Under the pieces are notes generated by a model. That model was not told the origin of the DNA. It made no database searches and saw only the letters and a program-made list of their open reading frames with translations. A stretch of 64,000 nt of DNA from the human T2T-CHM13v2.0 reference genome, Homo sapiens, in assembly GCF_009914755.1 (NCBI RefSeq), contig NC_060938.1. One strand, 5' to 3'. Below are positions 1 to 13,404 of this stretch, piece by piece (the first letter of the stretch is position 1; each line of letters opens with the position of its first letter). The position numbers were made by a program, and so were the translations under genes.

Positions 1-123
<123 letters not shown>

Positions 124-1499
124 TTCATGTGATTTTAAAAAGGATTTATGTGTTAGATTTTCTGAGTCCTCGAATATTTTATCTATTATTGTTATCATAC
201 TTGAATTACAACTTGGTTTGTTACAAAATTTTCGGCTTATAAACATTTTCCTCTTAGTTAAATCATTGAAAATTTTGTTCCTCTTTCTCTCTCATGATAT
301 TTAAGTTGCAGGGGAGATATTTGAGGCCAACCAGAATTTTGTTTAAGATAAGCTGGTTTATTCTACAGAGAGGTTTGCAGTTCACCCACTACCCCTTGGG
401 CCTTGTATTGAAAACCTTTACCCAGAGTATGTATATATGAACGTGTATATGTATGAAAATTTTTCTTTTGGCATTTAGGAATGTCTTTCTTTTCCAATCC
501 CTAATAAAAGTCCAACAGGATATTTGTTAAGTTGACAAGAGATTACCTGGAAGAAGTGATAGGCCGGAATTTCAAAGGAAAGTTAGAAAGTTACAAAATC
601 TGTCTTTGTATGGATCATGATATGCTCCTTTGATTTGAAACCTTTTTTCTCCTTTGCAAATTAAGGTTTTGTTTTTAAATTTCTATAGTGCTTCTTCAGT
701 TTTGGCCTTGACTTTTGCTTTTATTTCACTTTTTATTTTTTTCCCTCCCGTCGTGATAGGTGTCACTCAAATGATAGATCTACTTTCTATTCTTCCTAAT
801 AATCCTCTCATCATTTTCAGTACCTTGTCTTGTCCTTCTGAGGTCTAGAAGAACAGCACAGTGTTGTTCCCCACATTAGTGGTTTAATTTTCTGCACTGC
901 CCATGATAAGTTTTGCTATGTACTGTGTCCTTTTTGTTTTTCCTATTGCCTATTCGTTTCTTTCCTTACCGTGCCTGGCTCTTTTCATTCACTCAGTTCT
1001 TTGTCTTTGCAACTCTCCTAATGTGATTTCACAGACTATCGGACCAAGAAATGTCAGGGCCAGGGTATAACCCAAGGGTTTCCATGGAACTGGAAATGTG
1101 ACCTCTTGTTGTTTTTTAATTATTTTCAAAGAAAATATATACTAAATATATGAAAAATAACTTAAAGAAGAATGAAAGAGTGTGCCTGTGAAAATCTATA
1201 CTTGGCTACCGAGGGCTTTACTATGAATGTATCACAAGTAAAGAGTCGCAGATGGTTTACAATTTCATGTAGAAGCTGCTATGTCCTTGTTAGAGCATTG
1301 CCTAATATATAAATATAGATTATGCCTCTCAAAAAATAAGATGAAATAATAAGGGAAGATGGGAAATTTCACTTTTTACCTGTTTTTTCTATATTTGTGA
1401 CTAATTTCTTTGCTTACATATGATGTGTATGAGCATCCCAAAACATTGCACAGATACCACAATTTGGTAGTTTGTAAGTAAAGTGGGGGAAGCATGAGC

Positions 1500-1705
1500 T
1501 TCAGAGTGTTATCCAGACAAGGGTTTGCGTAACTGTTCTACCACTTTCCACTTGTGTAAGCTCGACCCCCTTCCCTAAGCTCTGAGCCTGAGTGTCATAC
1601 TCTGTACAAATCCCCATCTTGAGGAAACTCTTGAGGGTTAAATGAGATGACAATCCCTTAGGCCTAGGATGGCACTTGGCACGTGATAGCACTCAACAAT
1701 TATAT
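1500..1705 (+). mobile_element. MIR SINE, degenerate
   Basis: Resembles the MIR core and 3' part (gagggttaaatgagatga...cacttggcacgtgatagcactcaacaa). Confidence 0.65.
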
Positions 1706-1711
1706 TTCTTA

Positions 1712-1830
1712 CTCAGTATTCATTTATTGAGTCCTGTGAATCAGGCATCATGCTAGGCGCTGGAGGCTCAGTTATGAATAAGACACAATCCCTGCTCTCA
1801 AGGAACTCAGAATTTAGGAGGACATGCAGA
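1712..1830 (-). mobile_element. L2 LINE 3' end fragment
   Basis: ttcatttattgag...tgctaggcgctggag...atgaataagacacaatccctgctctcaaggaactc matches the antisense L2 3' end. Confidence 0.7.
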
Positions 1831-2762
1831 AGAGGAAAACAACAACAGTAATATTCTACAATAAAAGACTGTTCTGGAGAGGCTGAAGTGGTTTATCTTA
1901 TTCACCTTTGCAGTACAGTGCCTAGCACAGTTTCAGACACCTAAACATGCCTTAGCTGTGGTCAAATTAATGATTTACTCTCTGAATGTTGGGATGCATA
2001 AATGGATAATGTCTAAGATAGAGGTTTACCGAAGGGCAGGAGGAGTAGAGAAGAGGGCCATGACTCGATCAGGGAAGATTTTTAAGTAGAAGTTACACTT
2101 CAGCTGAAGTTTTTTCCTTCCCTGTTTCCTTTGTAAATTGGATTAAATTTTTGCTGTACCAAGGGACTTGATATTTCAAGGAACCTTGCTACATATCTTT
2201 TTTGTAAAGTGAAATCTTTTGTAATGCAAATAATCACTTCCTAATTTATATGTGGAGCAAGTTAAGATTTTTGTATGTCAGGTTTTTTTTTTCTTTTCAT
2301 TTTTAAAGATGGGCACAATGGTCTATCTTTGCAATAAGTAAACACAACCTTACAATAATTGAATGAGAAATTATTGATTGAATTTAATCTGCATTTTTTT
2401 CTTCCACATCCTATAAAGAATAAAGAAGCTGTTTTAAATGTAAAAATGCCCTTGCTGAAGTGAATAAAGAAGACATGTTTGTGTAGTTCTGATTGGAAAT
2501 TAAGGCTTTTCTTTCTCATTAGATAATCAACTGTTCTTTACAGGTCACTTCTTTAAGACTCCATTTCCCCATATGCAAAATGTGGGATTTGAAAAGTATT
2601 TCTTAGTTCTGTTGCTGCTCTAAAATTCTCTGAAAGGAAAATAAAATGATTAATGACAAACTTGCTTTATAACTATAATAGTAAACCACAAATAGCCAAT
2701 ATGCTAGGTGATAGAAATAAAAATGACTCTTATGTTTAGTTAAGATCAAGAAGTTTGGATTA

Positions 2763-2957
2763 GTGCCGCACTTGGACACAGGAAGGGGAACATCACACAC
2801 CGGGGCCTGTTGTGGGGTCGGGGGAGGGATAGCATTAGGAGATAGACCTTATGTAAATGACGAGTTAATGGGTGCAGCACACCAACATGGCACATGTATA
2901 CATATGTAACAAACCTGCACATTGTGCACATGTACCCTAGAACTTAAAGTAGAATAA

Positions 2958-2995
<38 letters not shown>

Positions 2996-2998
2996 AAA
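2763..2998 (+). mobile_element. 5'-truncated L1PA (about PA4/5) 3' UTR with TSD; tail converted to (TA)n
   Basis: cacttggacacaggaaggggaacatcacac...gtaccctagaacttaaagta; TSD aagtttggatta at 2751-2762 and 2999-3010. Confidence 0.95.
2961..2994. repeat. (TA)n(CA)n microsatellite in the L1 tail
   Basis: Read directly from the sequence. Confidence 0.95.
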
Positions 2999-3636
2999 AA
3001 GTTTGGATTAAAAAAAGTATGCACAGTCATGTATAATTTAGACTTTTAGAAGATGCCAGGCAATTATTAGAAGATGAAAATTTTATAGCCAATAAAAACT
3101 CATTATAAATACAGTAAGAAAATTTTCACTTCAGTATTTTCATATTGAAAGAAAGCTTTTGTACATACACACATTAAATAAATTCCAATTCAAACTTGGG
3201 CCATGGTATAAGAACATATTCAGTTACACCAAATAGCAAGAAGCAGAGTCTTCAAGAAACCAATAGAATGTGAAACAAATGAGGGAAAGTTCACCTTTTA
3301 TTAATTTCGTGCCCTTGCTACCTTTCTTCTCTGAAGGATATTTATAGTAATATAAGTAACCATAGGGGGCAATTAATCCTGAGTGTGTGGTTAAATTTTG
3401 TTCCAATATTAATTGCTTTTAGCAAAAATGAGGCTTTATTTTAGGCAAAATTTTAATTTTACATACTGATTTTGGGAGATTCATCTATTATCTCATTTCT
3501 GTTGCTTAGAAATGTACTAAATTAACCCAAGGAACAATGAGTATATAAAAATATTACATCACATAGTCATTCATATTATATATTTATTATAAGCCAACAT
3601 TACAAACTGTTTTGTTGTATCAGTAATACCTTAGAG

Positions 3637-4263
3637 ATGCCCTGTCCATTATGGTAGGGCTTATTGACTGCTTAATACGTAGCTAGTCAGAGTTGGGATG
3701 TGCTGTATAGAGATACACACTGGATTTCAAAGAGTTTTTAAAAAGAATGTAAAATGTCTCCTGAAAAGTTTTGCATTCTTAATTGTGATGACAATATTTT
3801 GGACAGATTGTGCTAAGTAAAATATGTTTTTAAAATTAAGCTCAACTGAAAAAATTTTAAATGTGGCTGCCAGAAAGTTAAAAATCATTTATGTGATTTG
3901 CATTATATTTCTTTTCTTTTTTAAAAAAAATTTTTTTGGAGACGAGGTCTCACTGTGTCACTGAGGCTAGGTTATAGTGGCGTGATCAAAGCTCCCTGTA
4001 AGCCTCCAATTCCAAGACTCGGGCAATATTCCCACCTCAGCGTCCCAAGTAGCTAGGACCACTGATGCATGCCACCACACCCTGCTAATTTTAATTTTTT
4101 GGTTGAGATGGGGTCTTGCCATGTTGTCCAGGCTGGTCTCAAACTCCTGGGCTCAAGGGATCCTCTCACCTTGGCCTCCCCAAGTGCTAAGATACAGCTA
4201 GGATACCCCGCGAGCCACCGGGCCTGGCCTGGCCTTGCATCGTATTTCTACTGGACAGCACTG
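3637..4263 (-). mobile_element. MER33 (hAT-Charlie) DNA transposon interrupted by an Alu
   Basis: Termini tgccctgtccattatggtag and ctactggacagcactg; perfect 8-bp TSD ccttagag at 3629-3636 and 4264-4271. Confidence 0.85.
3912..4234 (-). mobile_element. AluJ-type SINE nested in MER33
   Basis: Diverged antisense Alu dimer; TSD ttgcattatatttc (3898-3911) / ttgcatcgtatttc (4235-4248). Confidence 0.9.
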
Positions 4264-5022
4264 CCTTAGAGTTAAAGAAGCAAGTCACTTTGTGAGTACT
4301 GATGTGTTAGTTCTGACACAGTATATAAATATACCAATGATTGATGGTTCATTGATAGCTCTTATCTGAGACATTTGTGACATGAATAACAGACTTTTAT
4401 TACTTTACTTTTTATCCATCAATATAGGAATAATCCATAAGGTATGTAAAGGAAAGGGCTATACTCCAAATGATTTGAGAAAACTTGATACGCTTTGTGC
4501 CTCCTCTTGTTATTCCGAAGTGTTCATCATTCCTGTGACTGATTTGGACCAAGATTTATAAATGCTTTTAAAATTTCTTGTTCAAATAAGTTTTTCTTCA
4601 ATAATATTTAAAAACTTCTGTATCAGTCAAGGTTGTGCTTAATCACACCTTCTCATGACTATCTTCTTAAATGCCTACAGCCATAAATAAAGTGTACTTC
4701 ATCAGTACTTTTGATGGTACATGACTTGTTTTGCTCTGCAGTTGATATCACAATTTGCTTTGTGGTGGTGGTATTTTTCCTTTGGTCTAACTTTCCTTTA
4801 AAATTGTGTATCCAGCTTGCAAATTGGCTTACTTACTTATGTATATAAGTGCTTCCTTTAGTAGTGTCCTAACATATAGTGGGTACCTTGAAAAATATTT
4901 ATTGAATTAAAACAGTAATGTAGAAAGCCTTTAGATATTTGGTTCTTGAACTTCAGGACTGCAAATATACCTAGAAAATTCTTACTTCACCTCTTTGCCT
5001 GAACTAGATAGAGGAATCAGCA

Positions 5023-5421
5023 TTTTTTTATTATTATACTTTAAGTTTTAGGATACATGGGCAGAATGTGCAGGTTTGTTACATAGGTATACACATGCCA
5101 TGGTGGTGTGCTGCACCCATTAACCTGTCATCTACATTAGGTATTTCCCTAATGCTATCCCTCTCCTAGCCCCTCACCCCCTGACAGGCCCCAGTGTGTG
5201 GTGTTCCCCTCCCTGTGTCCATGTGTGTTTTCATTGTTCAACTCCCATTTATGAGTGAGAACATGCAGTGTTTGGTTTTCTGTTCCTGTGTTAGTTTGCT
5301 GAGAATGATGGTTTCCAGCTTCATCCATGTCCCTGCAAAGGACATGAACTCATCCTTTTTTATGGCTGCATAGTATTCCATGGTGTACATGTGCCACATC
5401 TTCTTTACCCAGTCTATCATT
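5023..5421 (-). mobile_element. L1PA (about PA7/8) 3' fragment
   Basis: Antisense L1 3' UTR; ORF 5238-5420 (WVKKMWHMYTMEYYAAIKKDEFMSFAGTWMKLETIILSKL) is the ORF2 C-terminus. Confidence 0.95.
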
Positions 5422-6359
5422 ATAGCTATTCATGTTATTTATTTTTAAAATGTAACTTACCCCTCAGGCAGAATTTTCTCTAAAAAAGAATTACTGAATT
5501 AAGTGAGCACCTGCTGAGGTTTAAGAGATTAACTGTCTTTCAGCACTCATCCTTCATCAAAGTTATTTTGGCTCTGTGATGTCACATGTCAGAATGAACC
5601 TAAAGACTCAAGCAAACCATTGTTGAAACGTGCATCAGCAATAAATTGGTAGGTTGCGCTGCATTTCTTTTTGTTTTCAAATTTTAAAAATTGTTTTTAT
5701 TATGAAATAAACTCACCAAATATTGATCATCTGGGAAATATTTTGATAATTCTACTGCTCCAAATAGTTTCCTTTGCATTTCAGTGTTCTGGTATTGCCT
5801 TTGAATAAATAAATTCAATACGTAAAGTTATAAAATTTTGTTTGCTTTAATTCTCAGGTGCTCTTAGTGGTTGTTCTCTTGTTCTTTAATCCTCCCCATA
5901 TTTCTTCTGTATTCAGAAATTATCCCCACTTAGCAATAGGTGAAATGATTTCTCCGTAATCATGCTGTGAGTACAGCTAAGCCAGAACTTACTACTCTGT
6001 CTCTGATCTCATGAGTTTTTCTCCAATTTAACCTAAGAGCAGTCTAAGTGAGAAGTCAGATTATGAAGTCATTTTGCCACATCTTCCTGACAGCTGTTTC
6101 TTCCCTGAGCCAATTTCATTGCTGGGCTTCCACTCACAACCAGATAGGATTTCACTGTTAAACATAGCCTCTATATCCTATTGATTGCGGTACCACTTCT
6201 TGATTTGTTTTTAAAAAGCTGGATCTAATACGATATTCCTTGATAGGAACAGAAGATTTTTTGGAATTAATTATGTTCTTTATTTGTTTTCAACCATTAT
6301 ACTTAACACCGTGAATCTCTCTGGGAGAAGAAAGAAGAAAGATAACTATTTCTTTGCAG

Positions 6360-6449
6360 TCAATGCAAAATGCCATTCAGAGGCATAACCGGCCTCTTTG
6401 TCAAGTTTCCTTGGAGCATATCCTTGCAGAAACAACAGTTTCTACATGA
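6360..6449 (+). other. Candidate spliced exon, possibly a terminal coding exon (phase 0 gives SMQNAIQRHNRPLCQVSLEHILAETTVST*; phase 1 gives xNAKCHSEA*)
   Basis: Acceptor ctatttctttgcag|T at 6358-6359 followed by unique, less AT-rich sequence; protein not recognised. Confidence 0.25.
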
Positions 6450-7239
6450 TAGGCATGGGGCTGTGACTGCTCCCACAAGGAGGCCTTCTGAGGCCTCGGT
6501 TGCTAGTTGAGAAAGTAACCCAGGAGAACTACTGGAGGACAAACATTCACAGGGTGCATGTGTTATTTTAACGTAAATAAGTAAGATCTTCATGTGGTTA
6601 AATGTCAACGCACAAAAGAACATGTAGCCTCTCTTCTGCCTTGGCCTCCTACCACTTGGTTCCCTGTTTTGGAATCAACGACTTCCGTCAGTTTGTATAA
6701 AAGAGGGTGATGAGAATGTGCATTTTCTTGTGTATGCCTAAAATATGCACACTGTTTTTTACCTTGCCTTTTTAACCTCATGATTTATTTTGAAAATTGT
6801 ATCATGTGATGAATTTATGTTATATTTATGGGATTACATATTTCACAGCATTTTATCATTGAATCCAGTTATTTATTCTTTTTGCTATTACAAACAATGT
6901 CACAAATAATAACTGAATACATAATTTTATATGCATGGGAGCATATTTAGTAGATCACATTCCTACAAGTGTAGGTGAGAGGATATGTTCCTTTGAAATG
7001 TAAGATTATTTAATTTTATACATTGTTCTGGAAAGAGACTATATAATAAAAATATTTAAAAATAAGTGAAGAATAAAGTTAGTCTCTTTCTCTCTAAGAG
7101 AGGCAGCTGCTACTAGTACTCCTTTGGTACCCTTCCAGAGACTGAGCGTATACAAGCATGTGTGGTGTGTATTGGATAGATATATTACGTATACATCTTT
7201 CACTAGGAAGATTTTTATTTTTTCTCCTTCACTCTATAG

Positions 7240-7459
7240 TTCTGATTCTCAACCAGGAGTGATTTTGCCCCTCCTGAGGACATTTGTCAATATCTGGAGA
7301 CATTTGTGGTTGTCAAAAGTGTGTATATGGGGTCTTCTCCTTGTATCTAGTGGGTAGAGGCCAGAGATGCTGCTAAACATCCTACAGTGCGCAGGAAAGC
7401 CCCTGCAACAAAAATTACCTGGCCCCAAATGTCAGTAGTACCAAGGTTGGGCAACTCGA
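7240..7459 (+). mobile_element. MER20 (hAT-Charlie MITE)
   Basis: gattctcaaccagg...atctagtgggtagaggccagagatgctgctaaacatcctaca...aaatgtcagtagtaccaaggttgg. Confidence 0.9.
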
Positions 7460-7749
7460 GTCTATAAGGACTTGGAAGGCTTTTCCAAGGTGTTGATTTC
7501 AATAGATACAAAGCTTCATCAGAGCCATTGGTGTTGGGAGCATCATTACTTCTCCTCTTCCTCCCTTTTCTCTTTCTTCTCCTGTTTCTATCAGGAACCG
7601 TCATTGCTGTGTGTCTCACCAGCAAGAGTGATGTTCTAATGACATTCATTACACTTAGCTGGCCTCTGTAGGATGACTCAGATATGGTGTCCATATTGTC
7701 CCATGTGGTTCCCATTTCTTTTTTTCTTCCCTCACTTTGACAGCGCACA

Positions 7750-8560
7750 TTCTCTGGTAGTTTGCTGGGAAAGGGTATATGAAAAGTAGATTTGGAGGGG
7801 ATTTAATTTCTAAAAATGTCTCTATTACATCCTTAAGTGATTGATGTTTTTATATGGAATTCTAGGGAGGAAATAATTTTACCTCGGAATTTGAGGCCGT
7901 TTTTCCATTTTCATATAGCATCTGGCTTTGTTGTTGAGAGAGATTGTGACATTCTGATGATTGTTTACATGTAAGCTTCTTCCTGGGTGTTCTGAAATAT
8001 CCCACTGATGCATGTAATGTGGTGTGAATTTACTTTCATTCAATGTGTTGGGTTCTTGGTGGTCTCTTTTAATCTGGAAATGTATCCTTCAGTTCTGGAA
8101 AATGTTAAGTAACTTTGTTGCCTTTTTTCCTGTTGTGTGTCCCCATTTTGGTGCTCTGGTTTCGATATTGGAATTTTTTGATGATTTTCAAAAAATATTT
8201 TCTCAATATATTTCGCTTGGCTGTCCAGGAGATTGCCTCAGATTTTTACTCTCTTAGACTGGTTTTCTCTCATTTTTGTTGTTTTTAGTTTTTAAAACCT
8301 TTTTTTGTTCTCTGAATTTTCTTTTTATTCTAGCTGTTCCTGTCTGCAGATGCAGTTTCTGTTCTCCCTGATGATTAATAATAGGAACATGCTTGTTTTT
8401 TACTTTTCTTCTTATTGCTTAGTCTTTTTCTTGCAAGTTACCATTTTCTACTTTTTTTTTCATCTGAGTCGTATCTTCTGTGTTAGAGAGTTTTTCAGCT
8501 GTCTTGTAATCTTTGATTGTCTATTTATGGTTAAGTGGTTTGGAAGTTCTGAGTGCATGA
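7750..8560 (-). mobile_element. Ancient L1M fragment, highly degenerate
   Basis: T-rich stretch resembling antisense old L1 (cttggtggtctcttttaatctggaaa...tccttcagttctggaaaa); boundaries approximate. Confidence 0.5.
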
Positions 8561-10189
8561 ACTGGGCTTGTTGAAATTCATTACTGAGTGGTCTGGGTGA
8601 ACCATGTAGGGAACTCCAATGTCTGTTATCTTTAAATTTGTCCTCTTGGGCTGATTAGCTTCCCCAAAGAAGGAACTTCCAATTTCTCATTTGGAGAGCT
8701 TCAGGTGTTCTGGGAGCCCTGTGGGGGAAAGAGTGGGTTCTCAGAGTGCATATGATCACTTAATCTTCCCGTTTGGGGTCCATAACCATTCTTGGCATCC
8801 CTTAGTCCAGAGAGCTCCTGTTTAATGATCTCCAGAGAATAAACCTCCAGACCTCCCACCCTCATTTCTACAGAGGTGGTCTCAGCAGCTGAGACCAGAC
8901 ATCTAATTGCATCTCAAAGAGCTTTCATACAATCGTCTTTATTTTAGCCGTGTTATTTCCAACAGAACCATCCTTTCTCTCAGTTCCATGGGTGACTGGT
9001 ACTCCGAGTCCTAAACCATTTGTGTCTTCTGTGGTGTTTTGGACTCTTTCTCAGCATTGCATACTGTTGGCTTGGGGTCTCTTGTTTCATTGCTGCTAAA
9101 TAAATTGCTGTTAATCCATCTGTTTACTACCACAAAAAGTTTCATGGCTGATATCTCTTCCCCTGTTTTCCCAGTTCTTACGGGTTTATGTCTTACATGT
9201 AATTTCTCCTGTAATTTTAATGTGGTATCAGAAGGGAGCATTCAGTGTGGGTCCAGGCTGCCATCCCAATTTAGAACTCTTTGTTGTACAAATATTTAGA
9301 GATCTCTTTATGGAAAAATATAGGTAGAATTGGCCTTCTCTCTCCTCTTTTTTGCTGCTACTATGTCCTAATTTGGATTACCATTTTGGCTCCTGGAGCC
9401 TGGGCAGTTAGCTGCCAGAGCTGTTTCTAAAGCAAAATCAAGTCCCCAATTCACTATATTGACAGCTATGCTGATGGATGTGGCACTACCGCTGGTTTAA
9501 GATTAGTTGGCCCTTCATGAGTTTGTTGTTGCTTTATGCTTCTGACTATACCTTCCCTTAACTCACCTTTGATCCTAAGGAATGTGTGCATAATCTTTTT
9601 GAAAATGTTTGCTATGCCAATATTCCAGATTAATGTCTAAGAATGTTTAATGGTCGGAAGCTGCGCTTTGAGCCCCATCGACCAGGTGTCTCCTGCTTCG
9701 TGGTTTATAGGTCACCTTTGCACAGGGACAAATGCTTCCCGACTTCTTTTTACGACTCAGAGGATGCTGTATTTGTAAAGCCACTTTCATTCACTGATCG
9801 TGAAGCCTTTTACAGATTTAAAATCATTCATCTTTTCAAGATGCTAAGGATGTTGGTCCCATGTAGAGATAATAAATACTGGGAAAAAATACATAATATG
9901 CAATGACAGCAGTCCTTTCTGTTCCCCTTAGAAAAGGATTCCAGGCCACTGGCTTCTTATTCTGCTTCCTAACAAACAAATATGACAATTAGTTACATGA
10001 AAGATGTTGACAAAATAGTTGTTTTGTACTATGTTTGAAATGATTTTGATATTGTTATTTTAATGAAAACAATTCTAGGACCTGCCTCTAAGGTGCCATT
10101 TGAGGCTTCTACCCAGAGTTTTCTACCTAGAGTTTTACTTTTCCATGCAGTTGATTTGCGTTTTTGGTAAAGATTTCCATGTTTCTATA

Positions 10190-10358
10190 AATATTTATGG
10201 ACACTGCAATTTGAGTTTCTTAGAGTTTTCACATCACAAGTATTATTATTAATTTTTTTTCAGCCATCTAAAAGTATAAAAATATTTTAAACTCACAGAC
10301 TAAACAAAAACTGGTGCTAGGCCAGATACTGCCTGCAGGGCATAGTTTGCTGATCTTG
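10190..10358 (+). mobile_element. MER58B (hAT-Charlie) 3' part
   Basis: tttatggacactgcaatttgag...caaaaactggtg...ggcatagtttgctgatcttg. Confidence 0.75.
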
Positions 10359-10649
10359 GTTTAAAACTTTTGCCTTGGGATGAGTGCTGTTCCTCTTGTG
10401 CCAAGTGTCAGCTGTGATAATCTGACATCTGTAGGTGGGAAGACATTGTTTGAAATTGGGATGGCTTTGCTCAAGCTTTTGTGTTGATGGGAGAATTATT
10501 TAGAGCCAGTTCAGACAACTCTCATGTATTCCATTTGTCAACTTCTTTCTCTCCTTTGTAACCATTTCCATTCTTCTTGTGGGCATTATTTTAGTTTTCT
10601 CCTGGGTATTTTCAAATAATTTGAGGATTTTTGGGGGTGAGGAGGAACT

Positions 10650-10790
10650 GGGTATCTCTCTGTTCCCAGGCTGGAGTACAATGACACAATCATAGTTCAC
10701 TGCAGCTTCGAATTCCTGGGCTCAAGAGGTCTTCCTGCCTCAGTTTCCTGAGTAGTCAAGGTTACAGGCATGAGCCACTATGCTTGGCTT
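10650..10790 (-). mobile_element. Alu monomer (FRAM/FAM-like)
   Basis: cccaggctggagtacaatg...cactgcagcttcgaattcctgggctcaag...gcatgagccac; single arm only. Confidence 0.85.
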
Positions 10791-12964
10791 TCTTTATTCC
10801 GAGTAGAGATTATATACAATGCACTGTGCTAGTTGCTTAAGAGATATGAATATAAACCAGAGCCAAGTTTCCTTAGCAGATAAACACAGCTATGGAAGAG
10901 GTTTCTTCCCTTTGCCAAAGTTCACCGAGCTAATCCTAGGTAGGGAGTGTGGTCTGCAGGTGTGTGTGTCAGCAGAAATTGTGTAGGTATCTTCCCTCTG
11001 TCTTCATGTTGTAGATGAGGCATATTTTTCTGTATTGATTCCCATTTTGGGGATGCCAGCAACATCAAAATAGTGAATAATAGTGCTATGCTCTGCATTT
11101 TTAAATATTACCATATTTTTACTACTCTAAAGAGACTACTCTCTCTTCAGATGCCCTCTGTCAATTTATTCATTAATTTAAACTTGTTTTAAAAACTTAC
11201 TTTGAAAGCTGTATTGCTTGGCAAAGATAGATCACCACTTAGTGAAGATTTGTGATTGAATGAACAAAGACCAAGGGGGAGGCCTAGGTGATGAAGTCTA
11301 TGCACTGAAAATAATAAAAATAGGAACTTTTCAAAATGAAGGAAATCAGTATAAGGGTGTAGAATCAAAAAACAACACAATTATAGATTTCATGGTAGTT
11401 ATAGTAAGTAATATAGTCTCAAATGAATACTCCTTTATTTCATAGCAGGGATTGGCATTTGTGCAATATTCTTTAGTTAAATTTCAATTTATTGGATTTT
11501 TGCATCACTGCAGATTGATCTATTGAATTTGTCACAGTGGCCTTGTTTTTACCTTGATGTGTTTAATACCTGCTGGATCAGAATGCCAATCAATTTAGGT
11601 TAATTTCATTAAGTTTGCTAAAGCTTTTTAAATTAAAGGCTGCTGACATTACCAGTAACAAAATGTAAGTAACATATTCTCACATGTTATTGTTCTAGAC
11701 AATAGATTGGTGCTACATATTCTCTTCGAACACCTCCTTACTTGGATTTTTAAATTCCCTTAATTATTTACAAGAATATAAATCATTTAACATTTTAAAT
11801 TTTAATTATCTGCATGATCATTGCTTAGTATTCTGTGCCAAACTTTAAACTCAGCATAGATTTCAGCTCTCACTAAATAGATTTCAATTAAATTCCTTCC
11901 ATGTTTTCTAGAAAGAAATGGATTATATTTTTAAAAATTGTATTGTGCTTTCCATTACAAATATAAACTGGGGAGTGGTTCCTGAGAAGTGGCCTTTTAA
12001 TTCTTCTCTTTTGCATTTTAGTTCTCAGAGAAGTCACAGTGCACTTAGCATTTAGGTGAAATATAATTATCGTTAAGGTTTTTGTGAATAATATATTTCG
12101 CAATGAGCTCAGTAATATGCAGTTATGGAACTCAGCTTGCATTATTAACTGATTTTATTAACTGCCATTAATGCAGTATTTATAAATATTGCTTGGAGAA
12201 CTGTAGTTACATTTACCAAAGATAGAATCAAGAGGAACTCTAAAAAAAGAAGAGCAGACTACATCATTTCCAAAACCACTAGTGAATTTAGAAAGGGGAA
12301 AAAGAATATAGCACTCAAACCATCAAAAATTTGCTATTCAATCACATTTTAATGCTTTATGGCATTGGTATGTAGTCCTTACTGCACTTTTCTATGGGGA
12401 AATTGAGCAAACAAAAGTTTGTTATAGCATATGCTGATCTAGAATTAAAGAGATTTTAGTTACATAAGGTTCAAATTATCTTTGACATATTTTGCAGGTT
12501 ACTTACAAAATCCTGCCTAAACACAGAACTCTTCTTTATCAGAGAACCTAACATCAGATTTTAATCATATCTTGTACCCACAGGGTTTTAGGTTTCCAAC
12601 AGGCCACCTGTCTCGGACATTTAAAAATTCACAGGACAGATGGGAAGGTGAAAGAACCTGTCCTTGGATGAAGAAATTTTTACATTGCAGGAATGTTCAC
12701 AGGCAGGGCCAGCCAATATATCACACACATACCTTGTATTTGTCTAGTGGTGAGGTATAATCACACATTTCCCTTTAGTAGTATAAATACAGAATTCATT
12801 ATTTATATGCATTCTTTTTGTGGTCAAGAAAGAGAAAAAAAATTAGAGCTTGTAAAAACCTGTGGTTCAGGTGATCCATGATTCAGGAAATAAGACTATA
12901 TTTTATATTAACTTTCCAGAATCTCTGTTCATGGAATATGTACCTTATGTAAGACCGGGTACAA

Positions 12965-13215
12965 TTGTGTTTATTAACAAGTCAGGATCTGGAGCTAGGT
13001 CGCCTGGGTTTGGATGTCTTCCTGACCACTTACAAGTGACCTTGGCAAGCTACTTAGTATCCCTGGGCTTCAGTCATCTCATCTGTGAGATGGGGATGTC
13101 AATAGTCCTTCATGTGGTTTTTGTGAAGATTACACGAAGATGACATGAAGATAACACTAGTGCCTAGAATAGTGTCTGGAACTGGGAGTTAGTGTTTGGT
13201 AAATGTTGGCTGGTA
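12965..13215 (+). mobile_element. MIR SINE
   Basis: gtgaccttggcaagctacttag...cagtcatctcatctgtgagatgggg...ttgtgaagatta. Confidence 0.85.
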
Positions 13216-13404
13216 ATAATGATACTAATTGCATGTAAAAAGTAAAAGAGGCACTTAAAGCTTAGACTTGGAAATTTTAATGGAAATTTAAGGAAAAAAA
13301 TGTTCTTTAAAATTTCACAGTTACATTTATTTTTGGGAAGGAATCTATCTGTTACTTGTATTCAAAATCGTTGAGCAGTGGTAGTCCGTTAGAAAGCACC
13401 AGCG

